Positions 1-11,500 of a stretch of DNA of 53,356 nucleotides are shown here, in pieces. Location of the stretch: the IMG/VR virus record IMGVR_UViG_3300038548_000358, positions 1 to 53,356 of that record; one strand, given 5' to 3'. A program made the translations under genes and the position numbers. Under the pieces are notes generated by a model. It had not been told where the DNA came from. It was given only the letters and a program-made list of their open reading frames with translations, and did not search any database. The DNA comes from a virus. Lineage: Duplodnaviria > Caudoviricetes. Every line of letters starts with the position of its first letter. Position 1 is the stretch's first letter.

Positions 1-127
1 TTTTAATTTTTAAGTAGTATTGTTTTATAAATTTAATTATTTTAGTTTTAAGAATATAAAAAGATGATTTTAATTCACGTAAGTCGCTCAGCATCTCGTA
101 GTAGGTTCGTTTAGCTGTATTTAATAT
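1..127. repeat. 127-bp direct terminal repeat, left copy (circular assembly overlap)
   Basis: 1-127 is identical to 53230-53356. An ORF reads through the junction. Confidence 0.95.
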
Positions 128-463
128 CTCGTGTCTATATTCGTACACCACAAAAGCCATAGCGATCCCAACCTTAGACATGCCAAAACCTTGATTTGCG
201 ACAAGTATCAAATGCAGAAAATCTAAAATAGTTATGATAAATATCAGCTTTGAAATCTTTTTATCGATACCTTTATTAAAATGAATGCAATAGGCTAATA
301 TTAAAAAGCTTATTGCATTCACATAATACATCGCAAAGAAATCAACCCTCGTGCTTCTCTCAACAAAGAGAGATAGGTTTAGTCGGTAAGTCATCCCGAA
401 AAATAAAGTCGGGAGCTGTCCAAGTATAAGGGTCGATAATAATATTTTGTTTTTATTCGTCAT
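1..463 (-). CDS. Multi-pass membrane protein (162 aa) spanning the genome junction, in the lysis cluster
   Basis: Not in the ORF track. ATG at 463 (MTNKNKILLSTLILGQ...) is open to position 1 and continues 53229-53204 to TGA. It has about 4 hydrophobic segments. Confidence 0.8.
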   Translation of the reverse strand, partial: MTNKNKILLSTLILGQLPTLFFGMTYRLNLSLFVERSTRVDFFAMYYVNAISFLILAYCIHFNKGIDKKISKLIFIITILDFLHLILVANQGFGMSKVGIAMAFVVYEYRHEILNTAKRTYYEMLSDLRELKSSFYILKTKIIKFIKQYYLKIK

Positions 464-893
464 CGGTCTTAGGTAATTCTCCAGCGATCAATTGCTTATT
501 GAAAGTACTCTCATCAATGTAGACATTATTCATAAGTTTATGAAGTAAGTACTGAAAAAGTACACCGAGTAAAAGCCCATAAAACATCTTATCTGAGAAG
601 TTTGGAACTGTGTCAGGGAAAAATCTATTTAAGAATGATAGCGCATCAGGGAAGAACCTGAATAAACTAAACGATACCATGTAAGCTAAAATAAAATCTA
701 TAAGGTTGTCGTTCAACCATATTTTAAAATCGAACTTTACACGGAAAGGTACCTGTTTCAATGCCATTTTTTTCTTTTTCAGGTCATACCTGACAATCTT
801 TACAATCAACATCCCAAAGATGGTGAAAAATGTGAAGGCTAGCACTTGTGCCAAACCTTGGTTTCCTATAATTAATTGGATAAATTCTTTCAT
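453..893 (-). CDS. Membrane protein (3 predicted TM segments), possible holin/lysis accessory
   Basis: Hydrophobic stretches. First gene after the tail fibre in the cluster containing the endolysin. Confidence 0.65.
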   Translation of the reverse strand: MKEFIQLIIGNQGLAQVLAFTFFTIFGMLIVKIVRYDLKKKKMALKQVPFRVKFDFKIWLNDNLIDFILAYMVSFSLFRFFPDALSFLNRFFPDTVPNFSDKMFYGLLLGVLFQYLLHKLMNNVYIDESTFNKQLIAGELPKTDDE

Positions 894-944
894 TTTAAAT
901 ATATTTAAGTTATTATTTTATGCTAATATACGTTTTATTTTCTA

Positions 945-3900
945 TTATAATTTTATTCGTAATTCTCCTGTCGAGGTTCTATATACATCGCCTTGGTTTA
1001 AACTTGCTGCTGCTGTATCATCTGCGAAAACAGGTAGGGTTGTTAGGTTTAAGTTTTGTATTAACACTCTTCCATCTACATCTAACGTCATTTTAATACT
1101 CCCGTCAATCCTCCATTTCATTTCAGAGTTAGGTACTAAATTATCCTTATCGGAATCAAAAAATAAGGTGTTACCCTTATATTCTAGTCCTCCGTCTCCT
1201 GTATCATCCATTATTTTAACCGTAGTACCTTCGTCTGTACTTTCAAAAACAGCAGCGGTATTTATAGTTCCGGAATTAACAGAAATTGATCCATTAGCCG
1301 TAATAGTTTTAGCCTCAAAATCAAAAGCTGCCCCGTTCAAATTACTAGCATCCCAAACCTGTGAGCCTCCGTTGGCTGTTAGGTTGCCTAGCCTATTAAT
1401 AAAAACAACTTCTGTACCTACTGCGTCTCTAAAAGAAAAACCTTCATTGTCTGCGTTCGCTCTTGTCTGAAATGTTAAATTACCAAACTGATTACCTATT
1501 ATACTCCCTGCCTCTTGAGTTAAATCACCTGTTACAGATAATGCTTTGGTTGCAAAATCAGTATCACTCCTATTCAAATTACTAGCATCCCAAACTTGAT
1601 TGCCTCCGTTGGCTGTTATGTTGCCTAGTGCCGTTATATTGTTCGCTGACCAGTCAAAACTAGGACCATTAGAGTTACCGGAATTATATATATCTAGCCA
1701 ACTACCCCAAACAGCCGACTCTAGGTTACGCAATGAAATACTATTATTTGCAAAAGCTAACTGAGCTTTATTATCTACTCCGCTTTTTCCTACTGTCATA
1801 ACTCCGTTTCCGTCGGTGCTAGAGGCTGGAGCGTTAGGTATTCCGTTATTATATCTATCATATCTTAGCTCGTTATTTGCTAACGTAGGGAATATATCTA
1901 AATCAACTAACTGACCTCCTGTTATACTACTGGCTCCAGCATTACCTTCTTTAACAGTTCCGGCAGTAGTACCAAAATTTTTATTAAACGCTGTATTTGT
2001 TGATATTATTCCTCCGTTTGCAGTAAACAATTGTGATGCTGTCCCTAATGATGTTTTAAAACCTGTACTAGTAACGGTTCCCCCATTTGCTATTATGTCG
2101 CTAGGGAATGTTGCATCACCTCCTGAAAAATTATGTGAACTAGCTAGGTAATTGATAGGCATCAGAGATGATAAAGTTCTATTAAAAGACTGTATTATAG
2201 ATTTTGATCCATCGTTCCCTATTTCTAACCCTACGCCACTAGCAGCAGCTCTGTTACTAAACCCTGTAAATACGGCAGCTCCTCCGTTTATTTCTAAAGG
2301 TAGATTGGAATTTGTAGCAACTCCCGTTACTATATTATTAGTGACAAATAAGTCAGCGAATGTAGGGCTATCTGTAGCCTCTAGTGCCAACTCTCCTGCA
2401 GCTACTTGGTATATCTTACCTGCATCACCTGTGTAGCTACTAGGTGTATCCGTTAGTTGAGTAAACTCAGTAACCCCTGCACCTCCAATACCTCCTCCTG
2501 CTGTATTATTTGGAACAGTATTTCTTAGGTCATGCGTATCAATCAGCACCCAAGCATTGTTTTTAAATGTATATGTAAACCTAGCAATCAAGAACCCAAC
2601 TCCCTCGAATGCTTTAGATATAGTATAGTCCGAAAACCCATTAGAGTCATCTATGGCAGCCTGTGGGTTAGCAAAGGCATAAGAGTCAGAGGGTAAATTT
2701 AACATGATATGAGACTGCTCACCATCACTGTTAATAACTCCCCACATCACAAAACTAAAACTCGTATTGTTTAAAGTGTTTCCTTGTGAGTCTAAAATCT
2801 GAGTGTTTAGGTTCGTTATAGTTACGTAAGGGTTGGCTAAGTTGTTAACCACGTGTATATCATCTCCTGTCTCAGTATCCAATGCAGGGAATGACTGTAG
2901 GTGTAATTGTCTTACAATACCTCCCGTAGTAGCCACGAAAACATCATCGGGAGTAGGTCCCGTGTTTATGGTTGTAGTTCCTGCAACACCTGATTCCCAT
3001 TTAGCGTCTAATGTCCTTAGCCTAGAGGTTATATGTGATAAGTGACCTTGAAAGGTACTGGTGTCCTCTATGTGGTCGTTAAAATTTTGATTCCTTAAAG
3101 CCCCATCTGTTTGGGTCGAGGTGGCTGAGCGTAAGAATAAACTAGCTATTTTTATATGTTGTGCCACAGGAAAACCTGCGGTAGACAAGGTCAGTACTTT
3201 AGTGCTTTGAGGTATATAAACGTAGTTAAGTTGAGGATTAGAGTCTGTACCCGCTGTCAAGGTGATTGTAGCTGCAGGTGAGGTGTCTAATGTTGTTAGC
3301 CCATCACTAAACCTCATGGTTAGGTCAGGATGCCCGTTGGCGGGTATTAAACTACCTGTAATTGTTGCCCCGTCGCTAGTCGCATTAAATATAAATGTTT
3401 GAGTAATTACACCGTTCCAAAATCCTATAAACACGTCATTTACATCGTCCCGAATGTCTACTGCTATTTTACCTGTTACCCCTACATCTGTAACAGTCCC
3501 CATCAAAATAGCGTAGTTCGGGAACTCAGGCTCGACATTGGTCAAATCTCCCGCTACAGTAGGTGAGATGTACACAAACCCCTCTGAATAAGTAGAGGTG
3601 TCGGTCTCTAAAATCCCTGAGATTGTAACTGTTCCATTTTCACCATCAAGAACATCCCCATCTAAAAGCCCTACTTGGTTCTCAATAGTCTCATGGGAGT
3701 TAGCTATCGCATACCCTATGTTGGTAACTCCTAAAGTAGATGTACCAAGAGGGTAAACAGCTTTACCTCCAAATAAAGTACCTCCTGAGTTATTATGTAC
3801 AGGGATACCTTTTATCCTAGCCCCTAGCTGAAACACAGTTAAGTGCGTGGCTTTCTTATTTTGGTTTACTAAAACTATACTATCGTTAACGCTCGCAACA

Positions 3901-3992
3901 TTTGGAGCTGAGATCGTAGTACTTATCTGGGCAAAACTGATTGAAGTAACCAGCATCACCATTGCTAAAAATATTTTTTTCATTGTTTTCAT
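945..3992 (-). CDS. Tail fibre/spike-like protein (1015 aa) with N-terminal signal-peptide-like sequence
   Basis: Gly/Thr/Asn-rich, internal GNxTANGGxQVWDASNLN repeat, last gene of the tail module. Confidence 0.65.
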   Translation of the reverse strand: MKTMKKIFLAMVMLVTSISFAQISTTISAPNVASVNDSIVLVNQNKKATHLTVFQLGARIKGIPVHNNSGGTLFGGKAVYPLGTSTLGVTNIGYAIANSHETIENQVGLLDGDVLDGENGTVTISGILETDTSTYSEGFVYISPTVAGDLTNVEPEFPNYAILMGTVTDVGVTGKIAVDIRDDVNDVFIGFWNGVITQTFIFNATSDGATITGSLIPANGHPDLTMRFSDGLTTLDTSPAATITLTAGTDSNPQLNYVYIPQSTKVLTLSTAGFPVAQHIKIASLFLRSATSTQTDGALRNQNFNDHIEDTSTFQGHLSHITSRLRTLDAKWESGVAGTTTINTGPTPDDVFVATTGGIVRQLHLQSFPALDTETGDDIHVVNNLANPYVTITNLNTQILDSQGNTLNNTSFSFVMWGVINSDGEQSHIMLNLPSDSYAFANPQAAIDDSNGFSDYTISKAFEGVGFLIARFTYTFKNNAWVLIDTHDLRNTVPNNTAGGGIGGAGVTEFTQLTDTPSSYTGDAGKIYQVAAGELALEATDSPTFADLFVTNNIVTGVATNSNLPLEINGGAAVFTGFSNRAAASGVGLEIGNDGSKSIIQSFNRTLSSLMPINYLASSHNFSGGDATFPSDIIANGGTVTSTGFKTSLGTASQLFTANGGIISTNTAFNKNFGTTAGTVKEGNAGASSITGGQLVDLDIFPTLANNELRYDRYNNGIPNAPASSTDGNGVMTVGKSGVDNKAQLAFANNSISLRNLESAVWGSWLDIYNSGNSNGPSFDWSANNITALGNITANGGNQVWDASNLNRSDTDFATKALSVTGDLTQEAGSIIGNQFGNLTFQTRANADNEGFSFRDAVGTEVVFINRLGNLTANGGSQVWDASNLNGAAFDFEAKTITANGSISVNSGTINTAAVFESTDEGTTVKIMDDTGDGGLEYKGNTLFFDSDKDNLVPNSEMKWRIDGSIKMTLDVDGRVLIQNLNLTTLPVFADDTAAASLNQGDVYRTSTGELRIKL
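1336..1628. repeat. 56-bp imperfect direct repeat within the tail fibre gene (1336-1391 and 1573-1628)
   Basis: 51/56 identical by manual alignment. Confidence 0.9.
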
Positions 3993-4004
3993 TTTATTTG
4001 TATT

Positions 4005-4400
4005 TTAAAATCCACTAAATTTCTCGTAAATCGCATCGTTTGTAAAGTCAGTTTGATCACCACCTCTATACACCGCCATAAGGAAGGTAACAGAATTGGA
4101 GTAGCCTATTATCACATCATTAACCTCAAGAGTGTTAAGGTTGACCGTATTAGCTACATCTTTATGTATTCTGAAAGGTTTACCGTCTATAATTATAAGC
4201 CTATCGGCTAAAGCTTGAGTTATTATTTTCTGTATCTCAAGTTTCTGAGTAACTCCATTTTCCCTAACAGGTAGATTAGCCGAGGTTACTATCCCCGCCA
4301 TCTCAGGTAGCTCATCGATATTTTTTGACTCGGTTATAACTCCGTTTATCCACACCACTATGGCGTTTATCGCATCTGTATTTTGTTGAGTTGTTGCCAT
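4005..4400 (-). CDS. Hypothetical tail-module protein
   Basis: Tightly packed ORF between tail genes. Confidence 0.6.
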   Translation of the reverse strand: MATTQQNTDAINAIVVWINGVITESKNIDELPEMAGIVTSANLPVRENGVTQKLEIQKIITQALADRLIIIDGKPFRIHKDVANTVNLNTLEVNDVIIGYSNSVTFLMAVYRGGDQTDFTNDAIYEKFSGF

Positions 4401-4403
4401 AAT

Positions 4404-6401
4404 TTATAGTTTAATGTAAGTATTATCATCTGTTAATAGTCCAATTATTGGAGCGATACTTTCGATCTCAGTTCCTTGACCGTCTACCTCTGAGTTATAA
4501 ACGTTACCATCTTTAGTAAATGTAGCGGTGACAGTTATCAAATTAGAGTTTCCCCAAGGTTCGGTCTCAGGATCGCCTGATATTACGTACTTAACCCCAT
4601 CCAAGTACAACTCCTTATGTAGTATCGCTTGTGTGATTTGTCGCATAATTCCGAAAGTCACAGGTGAGAACGTAAGGATTTTAGTCTCGTACATCTGAGA
4701 GTTTAAAAGTATAGTGTTGGTATCTGTGTTTAATGCGTCTATTTTTGGATCTATTCCAGGAATAAACGTCTCAAAGTTAACCCTTATTAGGTTCTGAATA
4801 CCCGTGGAGTAAAACACATCTGTATTAGTTGGGTTCCAATACCTGATCTCCATGGTGTCCTCAAACCTCTCAGCCACTTCTATTTTTTCGCTAAGTTCTC
4901 GAACGTCATCGAACACTGCATCGGTAGCCAAAACCTCAACTTGTATGATTTGGTCCTCGTATATTGAAAAATCTACCTCGAACTCATATACCTCAAAGTT
5001 CTCTATGTTGTAGATAGAACTGGCTATTATTGTTGCAGGAATACCTCCATACACCAAATTAATGACTAGGACATCAGCGTTTACTGAGGCGTTAAATATA
5101 ATATCAACGATATCAAACCAACCCGTCCCATCTAAGAAAATGGAGTTACCAATGATACCGAAATCAGGCAGAGCACCATTTAGTGCATACGTCCCATTTT
5201 GGATATCTGTATCGTAATCGTAGGTATTCCCTGAGGTAAAATACACCCCTGTCTGAGTTCCATTTATGTCGTAATAGGTAGAGTCTAATTTAGATTTTCT
5301 GCCTAAATTCGAGGAGTGTTTAGTTATTGCGAGGGTATCTTTTGTGCCATCTTCTTTTATCACGTTCACCTCTCGGGTGTCCCTGTTAGTTTTAAACTGT
5401 ATAGGCCTATCGGTGTCACAAGTTTGAAACTGTTGAATTGTTTGGTATGGCAGCAATACGTTGTTCTCACAGCTCAGTGTATTTTCTTCGTTCTTATAGT
5501 TGGAGCAATCACCCCAAACGATATCTCTTTTAAATCTTATCGACATTGACTTAGACAAGGAGAAAAAAGGTACTGTTGCGTCCACGCTAGGTGTGAAGTC
5601 ATCAACTACAAAGGCATCATTTACATTACATCCAAATTGATCCCGAACGTATGCCGTGTAATTACCTGGGAGTATTCCCGTGAATGTGTTGGAGACTTTG
5701 AAAGTTATATTGTCTAGTGAGTACTCCAAGGCTAAGCCGTCTACAGAGGACACATTTATAGTCACAGTGGCCCCAATAGGAGCACCTAAGATATTAACCG
5801 TTATATTCGAGGCTGATAATGTTTGAGGGGTTGTTACCGCCTCAGTGTCTTGCTCAGCCGTGGCACTCTCGCATATTATCGAGATATTATCACCTCTTAC
5901 CCATTCGAAAAAGAAAGGGTTAACGAGATTAGGGTCAATCACTAGGGGAGAGGTTACTTTCACAGCTAACTCACTCGTGTCCACTTGCACCTTAACATGA
6001 GAGCAAACAGGGTTAACTGTAGGAGCCAAAAAAGTCACATCGTCAATAGTAAAAGGAGGTGCCTCAACTTGATTATCTATAAAGGTGGTTACCTTACCTA
6101 GAGTAGTATTAAACTCCTCCACGAATACTACGTTTGGTTGGGTGGCTTCTATCGTCACAACATTCCCTATGCGGGTAACAACGTACAGCCCCGTAGTTGT
6201 GTAATCTGCGGTTACTGCAGCCGTGTAAAAGACTGCCGAGTTTACAGAACTAATGCCTATCGTAGATTGGAAAGAAGCCGTTCGAGACAGTTCAAAAGTT
6301 TCAAATATATCCACCCCCGACAAGTTGTTCGATATAAGGATAGTTTCTCCCACGATTAATGGGTGCGTGTTAAAGGTTAAAACTATTTTACTTTTTGCCA
6401 T
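4404..6401 (-). CDS. Putative minor tail/baseplate protein with Ig-like segment
   Basis: Beta-rich. The LEYSLDN...FTGILPGNYTAYVRDQFGC segment resembles SprB/Ig-like repeats. Lies downstream of the TMP. Confidence 0.6.
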   Translation of the reverse strand: MAKSKIVLTFNTHPLIVGETILISNNLSGVDIFETFELSRTASFQSTIGISSVNSAVFYTAAVTADYTTTGLYVVTRIGNVVTIEATQPNVVFVEEFNTTLGKVTTFIDNQVEAPPFTIDDVTFLAPTVNPVCSHVKVQVDTSELAVKVTSPLVIDPNLVNPFFFEWVRGDNISIICESATAEQDTEAVTTPQTLSASNITVNILGAPIGATVTINVSSVDGLALEYSLDNITFKVSNTFTGILPGNYTAYVRDQFGCNVNDAFVVDDFTPSVDATVPFFSLSKSMSIRFKRDIVWGDCSNYKNEENTLSCENNVLLPYQTIQQFQTCDTDRPIQFKTNRDTREVNVIKEDGTKDTLAITKHSSNLGRKSKLDSTYYDINGTQTGVYFTSGNTYDYDTDIQNGTYALNGALPDFGIIGNSIFLDGTGWFDIVDIIFNASVNADVLVINLVYGGIPATIIASSIYNIENFEVYEFEVDFSIYEDQIIQVEVLATDAVFDDVRELSEKIEVAERFEDTMEIRYWNPTNTDVFYSTGIQNLIRVNFETFIPGIDPKIDALNTDTNTILLNSQMYETKILTFSPVTFGIMRQITQAILHKELYLDGVKYVISGDPETEPWGNSNLITVTATFTKDGNVYNSEVDGQGTEIESIAPIIGLLTDDNTYIKL

Positions 6402-6405
6402 AATA

Positions 6406-8580
6406 TTAAGTTATTTTAGCCCTAGAGACTGGTTTATTTGCTCTTATCGCTTTCCATTTACCCTCCTTATTAGGTTTTAATTCAAGTAAATATACTGATT
6501 CTTTTCTGTTGTTCTCGTTTATAATTTCAATTTGACCGTAATAGTTCATGATTTCCGAGCCATTAACTACCGTTTTGCCTTGTACTTGTTTAAGTATTTC
6601 CGTGGTAACTTCATGCTCAAACTCCACAATCTCAGGAAGCAGGAAAGATTTTTCTAACTCTGAAACTTTAATGCTTCCGTTCTCAGCTATCTCATTTTGT
6701 CCAATTAATTGAGTTGATAGGTTGCTATTTCCTAGACTGCTCGAGAACTTAACATCCGAGTTTTGGTAAACGTTCAGCCCTGCACTTATCCACCACCCGA
6801 ACCTTTTTAAAATGTTCATCGGGCTAAATCTTAAATTCTGAGCTGTGTCAGGAGAAAATACACCTGTTGGTGCTTTTTGGAAATCATCTTGCCAAAGTCT
6901 CTGTTCAAAAATATCCGTAATCCCTCTTTTTAAATCCATTAAAAAAACATCATTATCGTATCTAGTATCCTCCTCGGGGTTGGTTAAAATACTTTTCCTT
7001 CTTGCGAACTCCATCCCATAGGAGTCAGCTCTATATACTGATATTTTACGAAATACTTTCTCAATTCGTTTTATTATCGTGGTGAAAGTGTTTTTTGTAT
7101 TGTACTCATCAAGTCCCATCGCCTCCTCGTAGAGGTTGTCTCCGCTAGGCTTTTTAAATCCGAACTCTAAACCACTGTAAAAATAATCTTTTGCGACTGA
7201 TCTTTTTATGTTCTTGACTTGGTTGGGTAGCTTTACAGTAACTACTTTTTGATAGAAGTATCTCAAGTCCTCAAACCTTACGAACTCCTTAAACCCTACT
7301 TTCTCAATCCCGTAGCCTGTATTCCAAACAGCGTTATAGCTAGCCTCGAAATCCTTAAAGGATGTCTGTATAAATTTATCCTGTAGTCTCCTAACCATTG
7401 CCCCTGAGGTCATCCCTGTTAAAGCACCAACCCCGTCCTGAGTATTCCCTAAATCAGTTCGACCTAGAAACTCGGATACTAGAGCGTCATCTTGTCCGGA
7501 TACTACTTGTATTATTTTCTGCAATGCCTCAAAAGGGAGGGTGAATTCTGCCTGAGAACTTTCTGCAAAACTGTTTTCCTCGATTAAAATACCCATAGGC
7601 TCCCAAGTATAGAACGTATCCCTTATGGAATTACTATGGGTTGCTAAGGCTAAGCTTTCCCCCGCCAATAGGTCGATGATTACCTCGCCACTAAAAGAGA
7701 TTTCACCGTTTGCAGCTGCTAAGGTATCCAATGTTTGAAAAGACTTAAAGTCATAATTGGTCCCGTTTTCGTAGATAACTAAATCCAACCTAATGTTGTT
7801 AGTTTGTGTACTTGTCCAACTGTAGTCAACGTCAATGGTTAGTTTTAAAGTCTTATTTTTATCAGCATCTGCATAGAACATGTTGCCCGTAACCCCGTTA
7901 TTATAGGAGGTGGTTATCTCATTTACGTGCAAATCTGTAATGGTTTGAACACTATCATCGCTAGAACTCAGGACTTTTAAAGGTAAAGCCCTTGCCTCAA
8001 AAGATTGGCCTATATTATGCTCTACTTTTAACGGGTTCTCCTGAGAGGTGTTTAGGTCTAGTTGAGATACTAAAAATATACTCCTGCCCTCTAAAGCCAC
8101 AGTATTGGTGATTATCTTCTGTATTGCGTTCCCGTCCATGTCATCCTCTCGGTTGAGTAGTAACTTCTCGTTTTGTCTTGCCTTTATGGCTGAGTATAAG
8201 CCACTCTCGTTAAACTTAACGCTCGCTTTGTTGTTTTGTACTGACAGCGTACTTAAGTCCAGAAAACCCCTGTAGGCTTCACCCCATTCATCTGTTTGAG
8301 GGTCTCGTTCCTCTTTGATGAGTACTATGTCGGCATTGATGCCCTGCTGAGCATAAACCCCAGTTATATAGTCAAGCCCTCCGTTATTGTTTTCGTCTCC
8401 TCGGTAGAACTTAAGATTGTTTGATAGGTTGATAAACACACCATGTACTTTTAAAGACCTCTTGAAAGTCTTTTCGTCATCGTTCCAACCCTCAGGCTCA
8501 GAGATAACCAGACTTTTAAAGACGGGATTTCTTAAGGTGTACCTTACTCGGTTGTCGTATGTAGGCTGAATTCTATTCAT
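6406..8580 (-). CDS. Putative distal tail/baseplate hub protein
   Basis: 724-aa ORF immediately after the tape measure gene. Confidence 0.6.
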   Translation of the reverse strand: MNRIQPTYDNRVRYTLRNPVFKSLVISEPEGWNDDEKTFKRSLKVHGVFINLSNNLKFYRGDENNNGGLDYITGVYAQQGINADIVLIKEERDPQTDEWGEAYRGFLDLSTLSVQNNKASVKFNESGLYSAIKARQNEKLLLNREDDMDGNAIQKIITNTVALEGRSIFLVSQLDLNTSQENPLKVEHNIGQSFEARALPLKVLSSSDDSVQTITDLHVNEITTSYNNGVTGNMFYADADKNKTLKLTIDVDYSWTSTQTNNIRLDLVIYENGTNYDFKSFQTLDTLAAANGEISFSGEVIIDLLAGESLALATHSNSIRDTFYTWEPMGILIEENSFAESSQAEFTLPFEALQKIIQVVSGQDDALVSEFLGRTDLGNTQDGVGALTGMTSGAMVRRLQDKFIQTSFKDFEASYNAVWNTGYGIEKVGFKEFVRFEDLRYFYQKVVTVKLPNQVKNIKRSVAKDYFYSGLEFGFKKPSGDNLYEEAMGLDEYNTKNTFTTIIKRIEKVFRKISVYRADSYGMEFARRKSILTNPEEDTRYDNDVFLMDLKRGITDIFEQRLWQDDFQKAPTGVFSPDTAQNLRFSPMNILKRFGWWISAGLNVYQNSDVKFSSSLGNSNLSTQLIGQNEIAENGSIKVSELEKSFLLPEIVEFEHEVTTEILKQVQGKTVVNGSEIMNYYGQIEIINENNRKESVYLLELKPNKEGKWKAIRANKPVSRAKIT

Positions 8581-11500
8581 TACAATGTATCGTTTTCAAA
8601 TCTTAAGTGTTCCGTGTTTATTGTTATGCTTGTGTTAGAGCTAAACTTTTTCAGTCCTTGTTTTATTTCTTTTTGGATGCCCCCATGGTATTTATCCAAG
8701 GCAATGTCAAACAAATTGGCTGACTGTACTGCGTTCAATTTAGCACTATCACTATATAGGGAAGTCATCACTGCAGCTCTATTAATCGCCTCTAGGTCGT
8801 AGTTGCTAGAGCTTGCCAAACTTTCAAAATCCTTGTGGACCTCAGCCCCCTTAGGTAGCATAGTCAACGTTGATGTGCTTGGAGATACCCCAATTAGTTG
8901 ACCTCCTAATGTTATAGGCTCATGTTTTCCACCGTCCCCAGTTATGGCCATTGTATCTCTTGAAAGAGGTGCTTTGGTCCCATCTTTAAACTTAGGTAAT
9001 GGAGCTGCTAAGGTTAAAGCCAACTGAGCTGCACCTAATACTCCAACCCCTACAGCTAAAGGTATCCCTGCAATAGGTCCCAGCCCTGTTGGTGGTGGGG
9101 CAAGTGCTCCAATTACAGCCGTAGCTGTGTTTAGTATTATACTAAGAGCTGCCACTGATCTTTGGAATATGGCCGCTTTTATCTGTTCTTTTTGTCCTTT
9201 TTTCCTAAGCTCAGCCTCTTTTTTAGCTTTCTCCTGCTCGAGTCTTTCTTGCTGAGCCTGATTCCCTTCTGCAGCTGCAATCTGTTCGTCAAAAAATGCA
9301 TTACTCGCATCGATGTCCTCTTGAATTCTAGCCAATCTGTTGTCAAAAAATGCGTTTGTGATATCTGTGGCTTGACCAAGTAAACTCCCGTATTCATCAA
9401 CAAAGATACCTACGTCATCCACAGCTGTCTCAAAAGCACTAGCCCCACCAACATCAAAGTTAAAAGGGTCTTGTCCAGGTAAGTCTTCTGCTGAGTCAGG
9501 GAAATCAGCCGTACCTCCTCCTGCTAAGGCCGTACCTCTATCAACTTTCGAGGCTTCCCTTTCAGCTAAACCCTCCTGAGTAACCACCCCAACAGATACA
9601 GCTTTTATCGCCTTAACTGCTTTTGGTATGGCTTGCATAAGTTTCAACTGCTTAGCTAAAAGTAGGTTTTCCCCTTGAAGCTTACGCCTTAAAGACTTGT
9701 CGTTCGTTTGCTCGATAATCTCACTATTGGCTTTTATCATCTCCTTAAGAGACTCGATTGACCCGTCCAATATGTCCTCTTGTCTTTTAAGCTCCTCGTT
9801 GTACCTGTTCAGCATCGCTGTCAACTCCTTGGTGGTCTTTTTATCCAATTCTTTTAGCTCCAGACTCTCGTCGATTACTAAAAGTAAATCTATCAAGACC
9901 TCTTTTTGCTCGAATAACTTATCCTCTAAATCTTGGTCTGTTTTAATTTGGGCTTTCTTTGCCATGACTAACTCCTCGATTTTTGTCAACATAAACTCAA
10001 GTGTTGCGGTGTGTATTTTATCGGATGCATCAGTGTCCAAGAGCACCTTTTCGTAAAATATGTAAGCGTCCGATAAGTCCTGTACGGTGACATCGCTGCC
10101 CCTTAAGTCTTTTAACTCCTGATTTAAAATCTTTAATGACCCCGTAGCCTTCCCCATATTAGATGCCACTTTGATGAAACCTAAGCCAACTAGGTCAAGC
10201 CAACCTCCGTCATTGATCAACTCTGGGCCTATCGCCTCAGTCGCTTCATTAATCTCCGTAAGGGAGTTAAACAGTTGGGTGAAACTCCCAACAGCACTCC
10301 TAACAGCTTTGGAGATGCTTCCTTCCCCATCTTCCACAGATAGGATGAACCCATCCCAAGCAGAGTTAGCTAGGGTAATTTCACCTGTTAGCGTGTCAAG
10401 TTGAACGGTTGCCATCTTCTCAGCTGTGCCAATTGCACCCTGTAGGGCTGTATCCAACTCTCTCACACCTTCGGCACTCTGAGCCACGATAAGGGCAGAA
10501 ACTGCTGCTCTTTTACCAAAAATCTCATTGGCAGTGGTTAGCTTGTCTTGGCTGAGTGTAATTTTCTGTAGTGCTTCCTCATAGTCAATCCCTAATCTAG
10601 CACTCTCGATAAATATATTTCTCAGGGAGGTTGCTGCAGTGGATGTCTCTATCCCCGCATCAGCTAATTTCCCCAATGTGGCCACTACTTTGGTAAATGG
10701 CACGTTTAAAGCGTTGGCTGCACCCAATACTATTGGCAGTCCGTTGCTTAGTTTTTCAAAGTTTAATGCACTCTTAGCAGTAGCTAAAGACATCGCATCA
10801 ATTATAGCAGGTGCATCAGTAGTGTTTAGCTCATCCATCGAGTTCACGATGGCACCAACTAGGTTGGCAGTCTCATCAAGTTCTGAGTTCATGGCAATCG
10901 ACCCCATTATAGTCGCCTCCGTAAGTTGTACGATCTCAGCCATTTCGAAGCCCAGACGGGCATAAGAAACCTGCAGCTTAACTACCTCATTCGCTGTCTT
11001 TGCCGTAGTCGCCCCAAGCTCCTTGGCACTTTTAATAAGTGGTTTTATTTCTTTTCTGGATTTCTGTAGCACTGATGCCAGTACTGCAGTTTCCTTATTG
11101 AATTCTTTTATAGTCTTGGCTGCGTTTTTTATGATTTGCACGGCTAAGAACGCCCCACCCATTAAACCTAAGGCACTCACCATTTGCTTAGTGAATCCGA
11201 TGGCTCCTTTTAAGGCACTGCCATAGTTCCCAACACTACGACCATATACTCCCGTAGCAGCATCGATCTGTTTTAGTTTATTATTTAAACGGTTGGCCTC
11301 AGCTGCAGCTATTTTGAATTGCTTGGAGGTTGTCCCAAATGTAGCCCCTAAATCCTGAGCGTTTTTTCTGGCTTTTACAGAGTCTTGGCTAAGCTTCTTA
11401 TATGCTCGACTAGTCTCAACCATAGATTTGCGCTGCTTGTCTAAAGCTAACTTATTCCTAGTGATTGCCTCTGACTCTTTTACTCTGGCTCTATTTGCTG

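Noticed and set aside
1-127. Terminal repeat as a biological DTR
   Set aside because: 127 nt equals a common assembler k-mer and the repeat falls inside an ORF, so it is best read as circular assembly overlap.
1336-1628. DGR template/variable repeat pair in the tail fibre (4 of 5 mismatches at A in one copy)
   Set aside because: No reverse transcriptase in the genome, both copies are in-frame within one gene, only 56 bp, and one mismatch is not at A.
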